Shown here: piece by piece, positions 48,501-56,529 of the stretch
Numbering within the stretch: the stretch's first letter is position 1
Layout of the letters: each line of letters starts with the position of its first letter
Assembly (NCBI GenBank): GCA_965204085.1
Contig: CBDBEE010000003.1
Span: 387,240-451,239 of the forward strand
Direction of reading: 5' to 3'
Source: Candidatus Poribacteria bacterium
GTDB taxonomy: Bacteria > Poribacteria > WGA-4E > JAJDTR01
DNA: 64,000 nt
Notes under the pieces: generated by a model
What the model was told of the DNA's origin: nothing
Databases searched by the model: none
Seen by the model: only the letters and a program-made list of their open reading frames with translations
Position numbers and translations under genes: made by a program

Positions 48501-49674
48501 GGAAACCGGAGGCATTGACAAGGTAGTATCCCTGCAACCCGTTCGGCAGATGGAAGATAACCTCTCCCCCATCATGCGTAAAATTTAGCGGGTGAGTGAG
48601 GATGTTCTGTGTCCCCACACTCCCGGAAAAGTCGTAGCTTTTCCAATACCCCCCATAGCGAGAGGTATGTCGTTCCACCACTCGGTTGTTCGTGGAGACG
48701 CCCGAATTGTTGAACCCCGCCCGCCACACACGAACCCCTGGCGCATTCACCAGATTGCGGGTGACATCGACCTCCAGTCGAGTCTCTAACTCCCTATCAG
48801 TGAATGGCAGCGAAAGTAGGTCGTGATATAGTGGCGGAGTAGATGCGGTTGCAATAAACCAGTCGACATGGACTGACGGTATTTCGGTCTTCATCTGTGA
48901 CTGTAACCGACCGAGTTGTTCCCGCAGGGCGGTCTGTTCGGGTGCATCAAATGCGATATGGTAGGGATATTCCGCTTCTATTTTCGTCCAGCCGTCGTTG
49001 ACGTCCCATTCGTAGTGCCGTAGGTCGATATGGAAGACAGTGGCTTGGGGGTCGATGGGCTGCGGGTTGGTAATCCCACTTCCCCATGAAAGGCTGTTGA
49101 CCAGTTTGTTGAGCGCTTTGCGGTACTCGGCAAGTATCGCGGGTGTCTCGCCCGCGTTATAGAGATGGGTTAGAGTGAAGTAGCGTGCAAAGGCGCGGTC
49201 AAACGGTTCGAGTGAGGTGAGATGTTCCTCAATGGTATCGAGTAATTCTTCGGGAGGGATGAACCGGCTATCGGTGATGCGCGCTGTCGACCATTCGGGG
49301 GCACCGGCTAATATCCAACGTCGAATCGTGTCAATCGACTGGTCGGACAGGGGGAGTTGTCCGAGTGGCATTCGTGCGCCGCCGTTTTCAGCGGTTCCGA
49401 GCAAGCGCCTGTACAACTCGGATTCATCGGGACTTCCCGGAACCACCGTGCCCTTCTCAATGAGCGTGGAATGCTCTATGAGGAGTGTCTCTCGATACGA
49501 GCCATCGGGGCCATGGCAGTTAAAGCAACTTCGCTCAAAGATGGCGTAAGCATCCTGAGCTAGCTGCTGTTGAGCAGAGACATTTTGAACACCTGCGGAG
49601 AGTGTCCATAAACCAATGAAGACGATACAATGTCGAGCAAAAATCAAATCGATTATGAAGAGACGTTTTAACAT
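45544..49674 (-). CDS. large secreted multidomain protein: PSCyt1 (CxxCH) and PSCyt2/DUF1549-like (CxxCH) heme-motif domains, internalin-like LRR, beta-sandwich, cohesin-like domain, two dockerin repeats, and a T9SS C-terminal sorting domain
   Basis: An ATG at 49674 gives MLKRLFIIDLIFARHCIVFIGLWTLSAGVQNVSAQ (signal peptide); the track ORF begins earlier at 49722. SCFNCHGPDG matches PSCyt1. RNGISCIGCHTEGMK matches the DUF1549/PSCyt2 type. There are about 14 22-residue repeats LxxLxxLxxLxLxxNxISDISPL. AGWQLDIVFDPAIFEAIDVSEGDF is cohesin-like. GDVNRDGVVSILDL appears twice (dockerin). The last ~90 aa, YPNYPNPFNPETWIPYHL…ISIYDAKGALVRLLDL…AYWDGCNENGE…SGVYFYQF…MVVVK, match the T9SS CTD (TIGR04183-type). 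Confidence 0.8.
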   Translation of the reverse strand: MLKRLFIIDLIFARHCIVFIGLWTLSAGVQNVSAQQQLAQDAYAIFERSCFNCHGPDGSYRETLLIEHSTLIEKGTVVPGSPDESELYRRLLGTAENGGARMPLGQLPLSDQSIDTIRRWILAGAPEWSTARITDSRFIPPEELLDTIEEHLTSLEPFDRAFARYFTLTHLYNAGETPAILAEYRKALNKLVNSLSWGSGITNPQPIDPQATVFHIDLRHYEWDVNDGWTKIEAEYPYHIAFDAPEQTALREQLGRLQSQMKTEIPSVHVDWFIATASTPPLYHDLLSLPFTDRELETRLEVDVTRNLVNAPGVRVWRAGFNNSGVSTNNRVVERHTSRYGGYWKSYDFSGSVGTQNILTHPLNFTHDGGEVIFHLPNGLQGYYLVNASGFRLNDAPINIVSNPAASDPTVRNGISCIGCHTEGMKTFEDEVRSVIESNPNPPYNKAQALRLYVEKSEMDALVGDDMERYRKALAATGGVFGGVEPVSRFHEAFQGPVDAAYAAAVVGLETETFLKKIRENTGLQNVGLLALDNENGSVKRDTWTSSFRDVISALDYPQLVEEPSVETQPDVVPGRHVHVPDPILRTMIAEELGKSSNAPITVEELARVRRLLSHDRRVYDLTGLQFATSLTRLELDNSRVSDLSPLTGLTNLDFVEVHGDLSDLSPLAGSINLRRLDIAGTNISDLSTLEGLTNLKELVIADTNVSDLSPVAGLISLEFLAFSNDTISDISGLAGLSNLTFIHTWGNPFSDLSPLTGLPKLDRLDICGAKLSDLSPLASLTSLKELYLRGNGISDISPLAGLTGLNRLSLEHNDISDISPLAGLTNLKWLAVNQNEISDFSPLGGLLKNTKLVWHINPGFPKGGTKIEGPWLWVVLPDVRLERDIDLLSEATEGKETEKKIATNGATVGKPIGDNVWRFDQLPSTDRHNIGNMLKGAVREHGVTYGFVSLYSPREQKTTMYVGNDEGLKVWLNGELVYEALGDRAMELEYNDFFPVTLQQGRNVLLVAVFSPGSETGALFGFEPSTEYTVVTGVSYAFSKMPIHNGDTFTFNIRAENVSDLAGWQLDIVFDPAIFEAIDVSEGDFLESDGGATFFRTGSIDNAAGKIAGLGAALLGNRGVTGTGSLLQVKLKAKTSGETVLALDNFQFGSSIGENIAAGPHEIRFTVKGRLATGDVNRDGVVSILDLILVAQQLGQSVSPNSPADVNRDGVVNILDLTFTAQRIGDTTESAAPAIATENVDAATIEAWIAKARLEDDGSIAYRQGIANLQNLLASLIPQETALYPNYPNPFNPETWIPYHLASDSDVQISIYDAKGALVRLLDLRRQPAGFYTNRARAAYWDGCNENGESAASGVYFYQFRAGDYSQMRRMVVVK

Positions 49675-49867
49675 GGGAAATATCTCCCAATTACAATCTT
49701 CCGGAAACACCCGGCCCAGCAACCGCTTCGCCTCTACTCTTGTAGGAGCGATCCCCAGGTCGCGACATCAAGGCGAATCGCATCAAAATTCCGTCAATTG
49801 CGTGCGAGTTTTCGTCCCGAATTCCGTTATTGCACGCATTCCAAAAAGCAAATTCTAGGTCACACTA

Positions 49868-50500
49868 TCAGACATCCTCTCTTTCGGACGTTGGCTCTCG
49901 CTCATCGGATTTGACGCTAGCGAGCATAACCGGTTTCGTCTCGGGAACCCTTTCCCTTTCTGTCCCGCCGAATTCCGCCACCAATATCGCTTTGGTAAGT
50001 TGTTCGAGTGCTTCATTTGTAATCTGCAGGCTGTTCTCCGAGCTATTTGCCTCAACGGGCTCGGGAGCTACTGCCTCCGATGCGCGCTGCAGTAATCTTT
50101 CATGAGCCGTCCCAACCTCCTGCGTTAGCTTCGATAACTTGAACACATGCTCCATCGTATCCGACAACTTGGTATATTCCGCCCCGTCGCTTTCCTGGAT
50201 AGAATCCGTCAGTTTACTCACATAGTTGCGCATTATCCCAGCCACTTTGGTTTCGATATCCAACCAGTTGTCGTTCGCGATGCGCGCTTTGTCAAGTCTT
50301 TCCTGCGCGAGTTCATCCTCCGTCGGCTGATGCCAATCGTATTGCTTCGCCCAACGGCGGATGGTGTTTGCATTTACCTGAACGGGGAGTTGGCGGCTGA
50401 TTTCGGTAGCGGGCACTCCTTGCAGCCACAGCTTCTTCGCTTCAGCTATCACTTTTTCGGGTGTTTTCGGTTTTCTTCGCGGCGCGATGGCGTTTTTCAT
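49868..50500 (-). CDS. helix-turn-helix DNA-binding protein; the N-terminus resembles phage terminase small subunits or transposase helix-turn-helix domains
   Basis: PKTPEKVIAEAKKLWLQGVPATEISRQLPVQVNANTIRRW has an HTH-like pattern, followed by an acidic coiled-coil C-terminus. No other phage or IS genes are nearby. Confidence 0.35.
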   Translation of the reverse strand: MKNAIAPRRKPKTPEKVIAEAKKLWLQGVPATEISRQLPVQVNANTIRRWAKQYDWHQPTEDELAQERLDKARIANDNWLDIETKVAGIMRNYVSKLTDSIQESDGAEYTKLSDTMEHVFKLSKLTQEVGTAHERLLQRASEAVAPEPVEANSSENSLQITNEALEQLTKAILVAEFGGTERERVPETKPVMLASVKSDEREPTSEREDV

Positions 50501-50639
50501 GTGATATGTGCCTCATTAGACATCATCGGGCTGGACGCTAAACTACATGCACTAGGTACTACAGAAGAGTGTAGGTTGATAGCACCCCATTATCCTGTCG
50601 GAATAATTCTTTCAGCAAGCAACACGTTTTAGTCGGAGT

Positions 50640-50965
50640 CCCTTTCCTCGATCCAGAGGATCGAAATGTCAATAGAATACGATGTGTCCAGATTTCCGCG
50701 CTCCAGAGGAGCGCAATGTGTCATGCATCATAAATTGACCCTCGTTTTTCGCTCTATGACTGGCTTCGATCGAGTGTTACTTGCTGAATGACTAGCCGTG
50801 AAAAGCGTTCCTTCGTGGTCTGGTTTTCACTCCAGCGGAGTGCTATGTCAATAGAATCGCGATGCGTCTAATCTCCGCGCTCCAGCGGAGCGCAATGTGT
50901 ATAGCGCATCATCAAATGACACTGATTCTGCTCTATAGCTGGCTTTGAAAAAGTGTTGCTTGATA
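50640..50965. repeat. two tandem copies of a ~180-bp unit, each carrying paired short hairpins (GATCCAGAGGATC…CGCTCCAGAGGAGCG-CAATGTG)
   Basis: The period is about 179 bp (50651 vs 50830). An inverted copy lies at 57850..58090. Confidence 0.75.
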
Positions 50966-50967
50966 GG

Positions 50968-51000
50968 GAAAACCGAGTATTCGACGGAATACTCGGTTTC
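50968..51000. terminator. 14-bp hairpin, GAAAACCGAGTATTC-GACG-GAATACTCGGTTTC, about 100 nt downstream of the LamG-like gene stop
   Basis: The palindrome is visible in the sequence. It belongs to the same AACCGAG/CTCGGTT stem family as 26413 and 57692. There is no U-tract. Confidence 0.3.
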
Positions 51001-51097
51001 TACACAAACGATGGTGGGCAATATGAGGGCAATCGACGATTTCATAATCACCGATTGTACCCTACAAGAATAGATGGAGCGAGCACGGCTTCAACAA

Positions 51098-51970
51098 TTA
51101 GAATCCACGTTTCAGTTTTCCCCACGTGGTGGACACTTTGCCCGATGGATCGACCGCGAACGAGCCGCGCACATTCTGGTTAATCTCATCTTCACTGAAA
51201 GCCCGGTCGTAGACGCGGTAGATGGCGATTGAGCAGTTGCAGGTGCGCACCTCTTCGGCGCGGCTATGAGAGAAGATAGCGTGCAGCGACATATCATGCT
51301 TCTTATTCCATTTTACACTTGGCCCCGTTCTTCCGACTTTTTCGCCGTCAACATAGGATGTGAAATTCTTCCCGCTCTCAAACACCATGTGTACCCAGTG
51401 CCACTCCTGTTCGCCGACCCTCAATCCGTGAGTTCCTTTGGGCCAGTCGTCGCGCAAGCCTAGCGCGCCTTGAGCAATGCTTATGTTCGCAAAATCTCCG
51501 TTCCCGCCGGCATCCAGCCAAATCCGAAAGTTCTGAACCGTTTCCCTTGGTTGCGCCTGTATTCCGACGAGATGATGTTCCTGCGCAAGCATGGGTCCAT
51601 TTATCCTCATAAGCAGCCCCATGGTGAAGTCTTCAAGGTTCACGACGGGTGTTTTGGCTCCCGGCGCTGCGTTGCTGAAGGTCATACCCGATGCGTCGGC
51701 GGTGTACCACTTCGTGTCTTCCTTGAAACCGATACCTTTAATCGAGATGACGCCCTCTTCGAGTTTAGGCTTGAGCTTACTATGCTCCAATTCTCCGCCC
51801 GCCTCGCCGGCGTTTCGCCAGACTTTATCCCTGTCGGTTTGATCGGTTTCGGCAGGGTTAAAGTATAGCACCGCTCCGGGGATCGGCTGAGCGAGTGCCG
51901 TTGAAAGTGTCATCGCCATACCAACCAATACAATAAAAATGGCGATGGGATAAATTGTGTTTCTTGTCAT
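51098..51970 (-). CDS. secreted concanavalin-A-like (LamG-type) lectin/glucanase-fold protein carrying the same C-terminal tail as the PD40 family
   Basis: ATG at 51970 with a signal peptide (IAIFIVLVGMAMTLSTALAQ). WHWVHMVFESGKNFTSYVDGEKVG is LamG-like. The C-terminus is …FAVDPSGKVSTTWGKLKRGF. Confidence 0.55.
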   Translation of the reverse strand: MTRNTIYPIAIFIVLVGMAMTLSTALAQPIPGAVLYFNPAETDQTDRDKVWRNAGEAGGELEHSKLKPKLEEGVISIKGIGFKEDTKWYTADASGMTFSNAAPGAKTPVVNLEDFTMGLLMRINGPMLAQEHHLVGIQAQPRETVQNFRIWLDAGGNGDFANISIAQGALGLRDDWPKGTHGLRVGEQEWHWVHMVFESGKNFTSYVDGEKVGRTGPSVKWNKKHDMSLHAIFSHSRAEEVRTCNCSIAIYRVYDRAFSEDEINQNVRGSFAVDPSGKVSTTWGKLKRGF

Positions 51971-52174
51971 GCTTCTGTCCTCCGTATCAATCTAATTGGT
52001 CTTGCAAAAGAAACTAATGGCCAAATTGGCGATTTCCATAATCCTAAAATTTTACAACATAACGCTACGAAATACAAGGTTTAAGCGCAAAGCAGTGACT
52101 TGTGGCCTTTGGCTATACTATGCGTTGGGTATTATTGCGCTTTCTTTCCCGGTAATTACTGTTTGTAATAGTGA

Positions 52175-52281
52175 TTGTAGGGTGGGCACTGCCCACCATC
52201 AACGCGGTCACGTTGCGCGCCCGGGGGAGCCAGCCATTTATCCCAAACTGATCGGAATGGTGGGCAGTGCCCACCCTACAA
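52175..52281. repeat. REPIN-like inverted doublet: TTGTAGGGTGGGCACTGCCCACC…(61-bp spacer)…GGTGGGCAGTGCCCACCCTACAA
   Basis: The two REPs lie in opposite orientation within the divergent intergenic region between 51970 and 52537. A third degenerate copy is at 52341-52358. Confidence 0.7.
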
Positions 52282-52536
52282 CTACTTTTAAAGGTTGGTG
52301 CGCAGGGGATTTCTATCGCCCGCGCTATCCGCTTGGTTGATCGCACCCTACAAATGTACTTTTCAAACAGGTTCTGAGGGGCTCAATAATGCGGAAGACA
52401 AGTTTGAATTTCGCATTTATTTGACGCGAACCCTGTTTTCTGTTATGCTAACCCTTGTCATTTTTCCAGCGTAATTTCCAATTATATGTACCGCAGCATG
52501 AACGAATCGCATCACCCAAAGGAGGGTATATTCCCG

Positions 52537-53799
52537 ATGTCTCTAGATGAGCGCGCGGATCTCTTTAACCGAACAGTGTTGGACGATGCAATGGATGAAT
52601 ACGGTCTGATACGCCACACCCTAACCTATCCCGATCGAAAACCGATACCCGACGAACTACTGGAAGATGTCCGAGAAAACACCGAACAACGCAAGCGATT
52701 AGGTCAGAAGTGGCATCCCCATGCCGGTACGCCGGCGTATGCCATGTACGAAGACGCCAACTATGTCGGCAACCGTTACCTGTTGTCTCAGGCGTGGCGC
52801 TGGTTGGCGACGAAGAACGAAACCGCCCGGAGCGACGCCGAGAAGGCGTATAACGCCACGATGTATCCCTATCACGAAGGACGAAAGATGGATCCCGGTT
52901 ATTGGCCCAAACCTTACGGTGCGCTGAAGGGAGACTACACCATCGATAAGGTGTACACCGAGACCAGTTTGGATCAGGCATACTCTCCCGTCATCGCGCT
53001 CTGGCGGTACTACCAGCATTTGGCAAGCGACGATGAGAAACTGGCAATCGCCAAAGCCGTGCAGGAGCATGGGCACTGGTGGATTCGGCACGAATACACC
53101 TACGACTACTTGGGCGAGGTGTGGAAGGTGTTCGAAGGTCGGATTGGCAGTCCCAGCAGCGCTTTGAAAATCCCTATCGGCATGCACATCGCCTATCGGA
53201 TCACCGGCGACACGGCGTTGTTGGACGAGTGTATGCGCATCATTAGGCAGGCTGTAAACGAAGGCGCGTTGTCGATGCACCGGGGACCACGCGGCGAGAT
53301 TAAGGAACTGTATCACTGGGCGGAAATGTACGACTATTTCATGCGCGAAACCGATTTGCAGGACGAAGCCGAATGGGAGCGTCTCATCCGCGAGTGCTGG
53401 CGCGCCGGAAAGAGCGCCGTTCAGGAGGATGGGCTGTGTATCGGTCAGGGGTTCTTCACCGACGATGGGCTGCTGGAGAAGTACGAACCCGGTCCCGCGG
53501 ACGACGTGCACCACGGCTACTGGAAGACCGACGCCGGACACCCCGCCTCCACCGCGCAAATTGCCGGTTTGGCGATGCTCATCCACGAATTGGGTTACGA
53601 CGATGACGCCGCGGATGTCGGGGTGAAGTTACTGGAGAACGTCACCGAAGCCCACACCGGGAAAAATTATCTCTACACCAGCGCCGAACAGATGCCCCCC
53701 GAATCACGCGAAAAGCCGCCGCAGGAATTCTTCCACACCCGCACCGTCGTGTTCTGGCTGGATGCCTACTGGCGCGGCAAGCTGCACGGCGTATTGTAA
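52537..53799 (+). CDS. hypothetical protein (about 420 aa), possibly an (alpha/alpha)6-barrel glycoside-hydrolase-like fold
   Basis: An ATG at 52537 lies 10 nt after an AGGAGGG Shine-Dalgarno sequence; the track begins at 52486. The protein is rich in W and Y with no clear motifs. Confidence 0.45.
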   Translation: MSLDERADLFNRTVLDDAMDEYGLIRHTLTYPDRKPIPDELLEDVRENTEQRKRLGQKWHPHAGTPAYAMYEDANYVGNRYLLSQAWRWLATKNETARSDAEKAYNATMYPYHEGRKMDPGYWPKPYGALKGDYTIDKVYTETSLDQAYSPVIALWRYYQHLASDDEKLAIAKAVQEHGHWWIRHEYTYDYLGEVWKVFEGRIGSPSSALKIPIGMHIAYRITGDTALLDECMRIIRQAVNEGALSMHRGPRGEIKELYHWAEMYDYFMRETDLQDEAEWERLIRECWRAGKSAVQEDGLCIGQGFFTDDGLLEKYEPGPADDVHHGYWKTDAGHPASTAQIAGLAMLIHELGYDDDAADVGVKLLENVTEAHTGKNYLYTSAEQMPPESREKPPQEFFHTRTVVFWLDAYWRGKLHGVL

Positions 53800-53909
53800 G
53801 GACGGCTACGAACCCGATTTCACACAGGGCGAATGGGGTGATTTTGGGAAGATGCGACGATTACGCATACCTGTACTGGGGAGACACCCATGATTAAAGG
53901 GAAAAATCA

Positions 53910-55937
53910 GTGAATTTCCTACAGAAAATCACACTCAGTCTTTTGCTCTATATCATTTTGGGCAGCGCTACGTTTGCCCAAGTCGTTGAGATACCCGACC
54001 CCAACTTGCGTGCCACCATCCGCAGTACTCTCAACCTCTCCGATGGTGTTCCTATCACACAAGCGGACATGCGGAAATTGACAGGGTTAGACGCACCTGA
54101 AAGCCGGATAACAAATCTCGCCGATATGGAATACGCCGTAAATTTGAAATCGCTAATCCTTTCCCACAACCACATCCGAGACATCACCCCCTTAGCCGGG
54201 TTGACAAAGTTGGTGGTATTGGCGGTCCATGATAATCCTATCCGAGACCTCACTCCAATTTCTGATATGACGCGATTGGACTATTTGGGTGTTAACGCTT
54301 GTCCCGTCTCCGATCTTCGTCCTTTGGCGACGCTTACGAGTTTGAGGCGATTCGACGCCATATACTGTGAGATAACCGACATCTCGCCAATTGCCAACCT
54401 CACACACCTCCACACGTTGCACTTAGAACACAATCAGATTGAAGATATAACCCCTCTCGCCGGTTTAACGGAGCTCCAGAAGTTGTATCTTGAGAATAAC
54501 CGTATTAAAGATTTAAGTCCACTCGTCGGGTTGATTAATCTTGAAATACTCCGGATCCACAATAACCTGTACACCGATACGTCTCCGCTTTCGGGGTTGA
54601 CCGTACCAGATTTGCAAATGGACGAAGAGTGCGACATGCCGAGATTGTCGGTTCGGGACAGACTGGCAAATCGCAACCTACCCTCTATCCCTCTCACTTG
54701 GCATGACGGCATATTCAACAGAGGCGGTGATTGGTGGGACCTTTCGATACCCTATCGGGAGCGCGTCGCATATCATGATATATGGTGGCATATTAACCTA
54801 TTCGACACAGAGTTCAAGTTGACACCGCAAGGGTACCGAATAACGGGTAACTTGCAGAATTCGATGAACCTGCGCGAGGAATTCCTCGCCCACAATCCCA
54901 ACATGCTATTTATCGCCGATGTTCGACAGTATTATGCACCCTTAGGAGGGCGTTTCCCGGAAGATTGGATAGGTTGGCTTCGCGACGAAAACGGCGATCA
55001 TATCTTTTTTGAATATCAGTATGAGGGTTTGATGATAGAACAGGCGATAATCGATTATGCCTCACCCGAAGTTCAAGATATCATCGTTCAACGGGCATTA
55101 GCTGTTTCACAATGCGGCTTGTTTGACGGCATCATATACGACCATTGGGGCGGCAACGACTACTCCATTCTCCGTAGGATACGCGAAAACGTGCCGGACG
55201 ATTTCCTTATCGTGGTCAATACCAACGAAAGAGTTATTCCGGGGTTAATCCCTTACATCAACGGCGCGTTCATGGAAACCTTCCCAATCGATCGGAAGAA
55301 AGGTTATACTCGCGATCGGATCATCGAGATAGAGGAAGTCCTCGTCTGGTACGAATCAAACGCATTGGAACCGAAAATCAACTGTTTGAGAGGACTCGGC
55401 ATTGGGACTGAGCCGCCGGACAGTCCCGCCAACCAACGATGGATGCGGCTCTTTACGACCATGAGTTTAACCTTGTCCGACGGGTATACTCTGTATAGCA
55501 TTGGCGATGTTGGAGGACAAGAGCACTTCCACAAACACATCTGGCACCCGTTCTGGGATGCCGATCTGGGGCAAGCCGTTGGTCCGATGGCTCAAAGTTA
55601 TCGAGGTATCGAGGGTGTGTATATCCGCGAGTTTACCAACGGATGGGCAGTCTACAACCGTAGCGGCGAGCCGCAGGTCATTACGCTGCCGGAGAAAGCG
55701 CAAGGCGTCGCCAGCGGCTTGGTGAACACGGAGCACGCCTTGCCGAATCTCGACGGGGAAATGTACTTGCGGGTTAAACAGAAGAATCCGGCGGACGTGA
55801 ATGGGGACGGGGTTGTGAACATTCTCGACTTGACAATTGTTGCGCAGGGGTTTGGCACGGATAGCAAGAAGGGGGATGTAAATGGCGATGGGCTTGTAAA
55901 CATTCTAGATTTGGTGTTTGTGGCGAATCAATTCTGA
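53910..55937 (+). CDS. secreted LRR protein with an uncharacterised central domain (~330 aa) and a C-terminal dockerin repeat pair
   Basis: GTG start at 53910 with a signal peptide. There are about 9 internalin-like LRRs (…IRDITPLAGLTKLVVL…). The C-terminus is DVNGDGVVNILDLTIVAQGF…GDVNGDGLVNILDLVFVANQF. Confidence 0.7.
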   Translation: MNFLQKITLSLLLYIILGSATFAQVVEIPDPNLRATIRSTLNLSDGVPITQADMRKLTGLDAPESRITNLADMEYAVNLKSLILSHNHIRDITPLAGLTKLVVLAVHDNPIRDLTPISDMTRLDYLGVNACPVSDLRPLATLTSLRRFDAIYCEITDISPIANLTHLHTLHLEHNQIEDITPLAGLTELQKLYLENNRIKDLSPLVGLINLEILRIHNNLYTDTSPLSGLTVPDLQMDEECDMPRLSVRDRLANRNLPSIPLTWHDGIFNRGGDWWDLSIPYRERVAYHDIWWHINLFDTEFKLTPQGYRITGNLQNSMNLREEFLAHNPNMLFIADVRQYYAPLGGRFPEDWIGWLRDENGDHIFFEYQYEGLMIEQAIIDYASPEVQDIIVQRALAVSQCGLFDGIIYDHWGGNDYSILRRIRENVPDDFLIVVNTNERVIPGLIPYINGAFMETFPIDRKKGYTRDRIIEIEEVLVWYESNALEPKINCLRGLGIGTEPPDSPANQRWMRLFTTMSLTLSDGYTLYSIGDVGGQEHFHKHIWHPFWDADLGQAVGPMAQSYRGIEGVYIREFTNGWAVYNRSGEPQVITLPEKAQGVASGLVNTEHALPNLDGEMYLRVKQKNPADVNGDGVVNILDLTIVAQGFGTDSKKGDVNGDGLVNILDLVFVANQF

Positions 55938-56390
55938 ATCACGGATTAACTGGATTACACAGATTTCGCGGATTAAAGGCGGACATTCTTTTAATCCACG
56001 ACAGTTTGGGAATCCTGAAGCCAACACATACGGGTAAATAGTCAACTGACACCAGTTGCGCCAAAACGTTGCAGATTGGTCGAATCTAATCCGTGAAATC
56101 CGTTAAATCCGTGATAATCAGTGATTCAGACAATTGCGCGAAGGTTCGGGACGGATAGTCTGGAAGGGGACGTAAACGGGGATGGGGTTGTCAATGTGTT
56201 TGACCTCGTGTTCGTGGCCAACGCATTCTGAATCGCGGATTAACCGGATTACACAGACTTCGCGGATTAAAGGCGGGTATTCTTTTAATCCACCACAGTT
56301 TGAGAATCCTGAAGCCAACACATACGGATAAATTGTCAACTGACACCAGTTGCGCCGAAAACGCCGCAGATTGGTCGAATCTAATCCGTG
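55850..56390. repeat. tandem direct duplication (about 290-bp period, two copies) spanning the 3' end of the LRR-dockerin gene and its downstream flank
   Basis: 55850-56095 is about 88% identical to 56143-56390, joined by AATCCGT-type heptamer runs. Confidence 0.75.
56143..56231 (+). pseudogene. gene fragment encoding a single dockerin repeat (…GTDSLEGDVNGDGVVNVFDLVFVANAF*), a tandem duplicate of the 3' end of 53910..55937
   Basis: It lies inside a ~290-bp tandem direct repeat (55850-56095 vs 56143-56390, about 88% identical). No start codon is present. Confidence 0.5.
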
Positions 56391-56529
56391 TAAATCCGAT
56401 CAACCGAACGATCAACTGAGTGAATAACGAAGGCGATAGCAATCTTCTACTGAGAGATCAAGCGAATGGATAATGAGCGCGATAGCGTTTCCATAGAGAT
56501 CCCATTCAGACAATTTTCAGAGGAATCAC

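Noticed and set aside
49868-50500. Prophage remnant suggested by a protein resembling a terminase small subunit
   Set aside because: It is a single HTH protein with no capsid, portal, large-terminase or integrase genes nearby. The HTH resemblance is generic.
52699-53586. 295-aa minus-strand ORF antisense to the 52537..53799 gene
   Set aside because: It is Gly/Val/Pro-rich antisense of a GC-rich gene. The sense ORF is longer and has a strong Shine-Dalgarno sequence.
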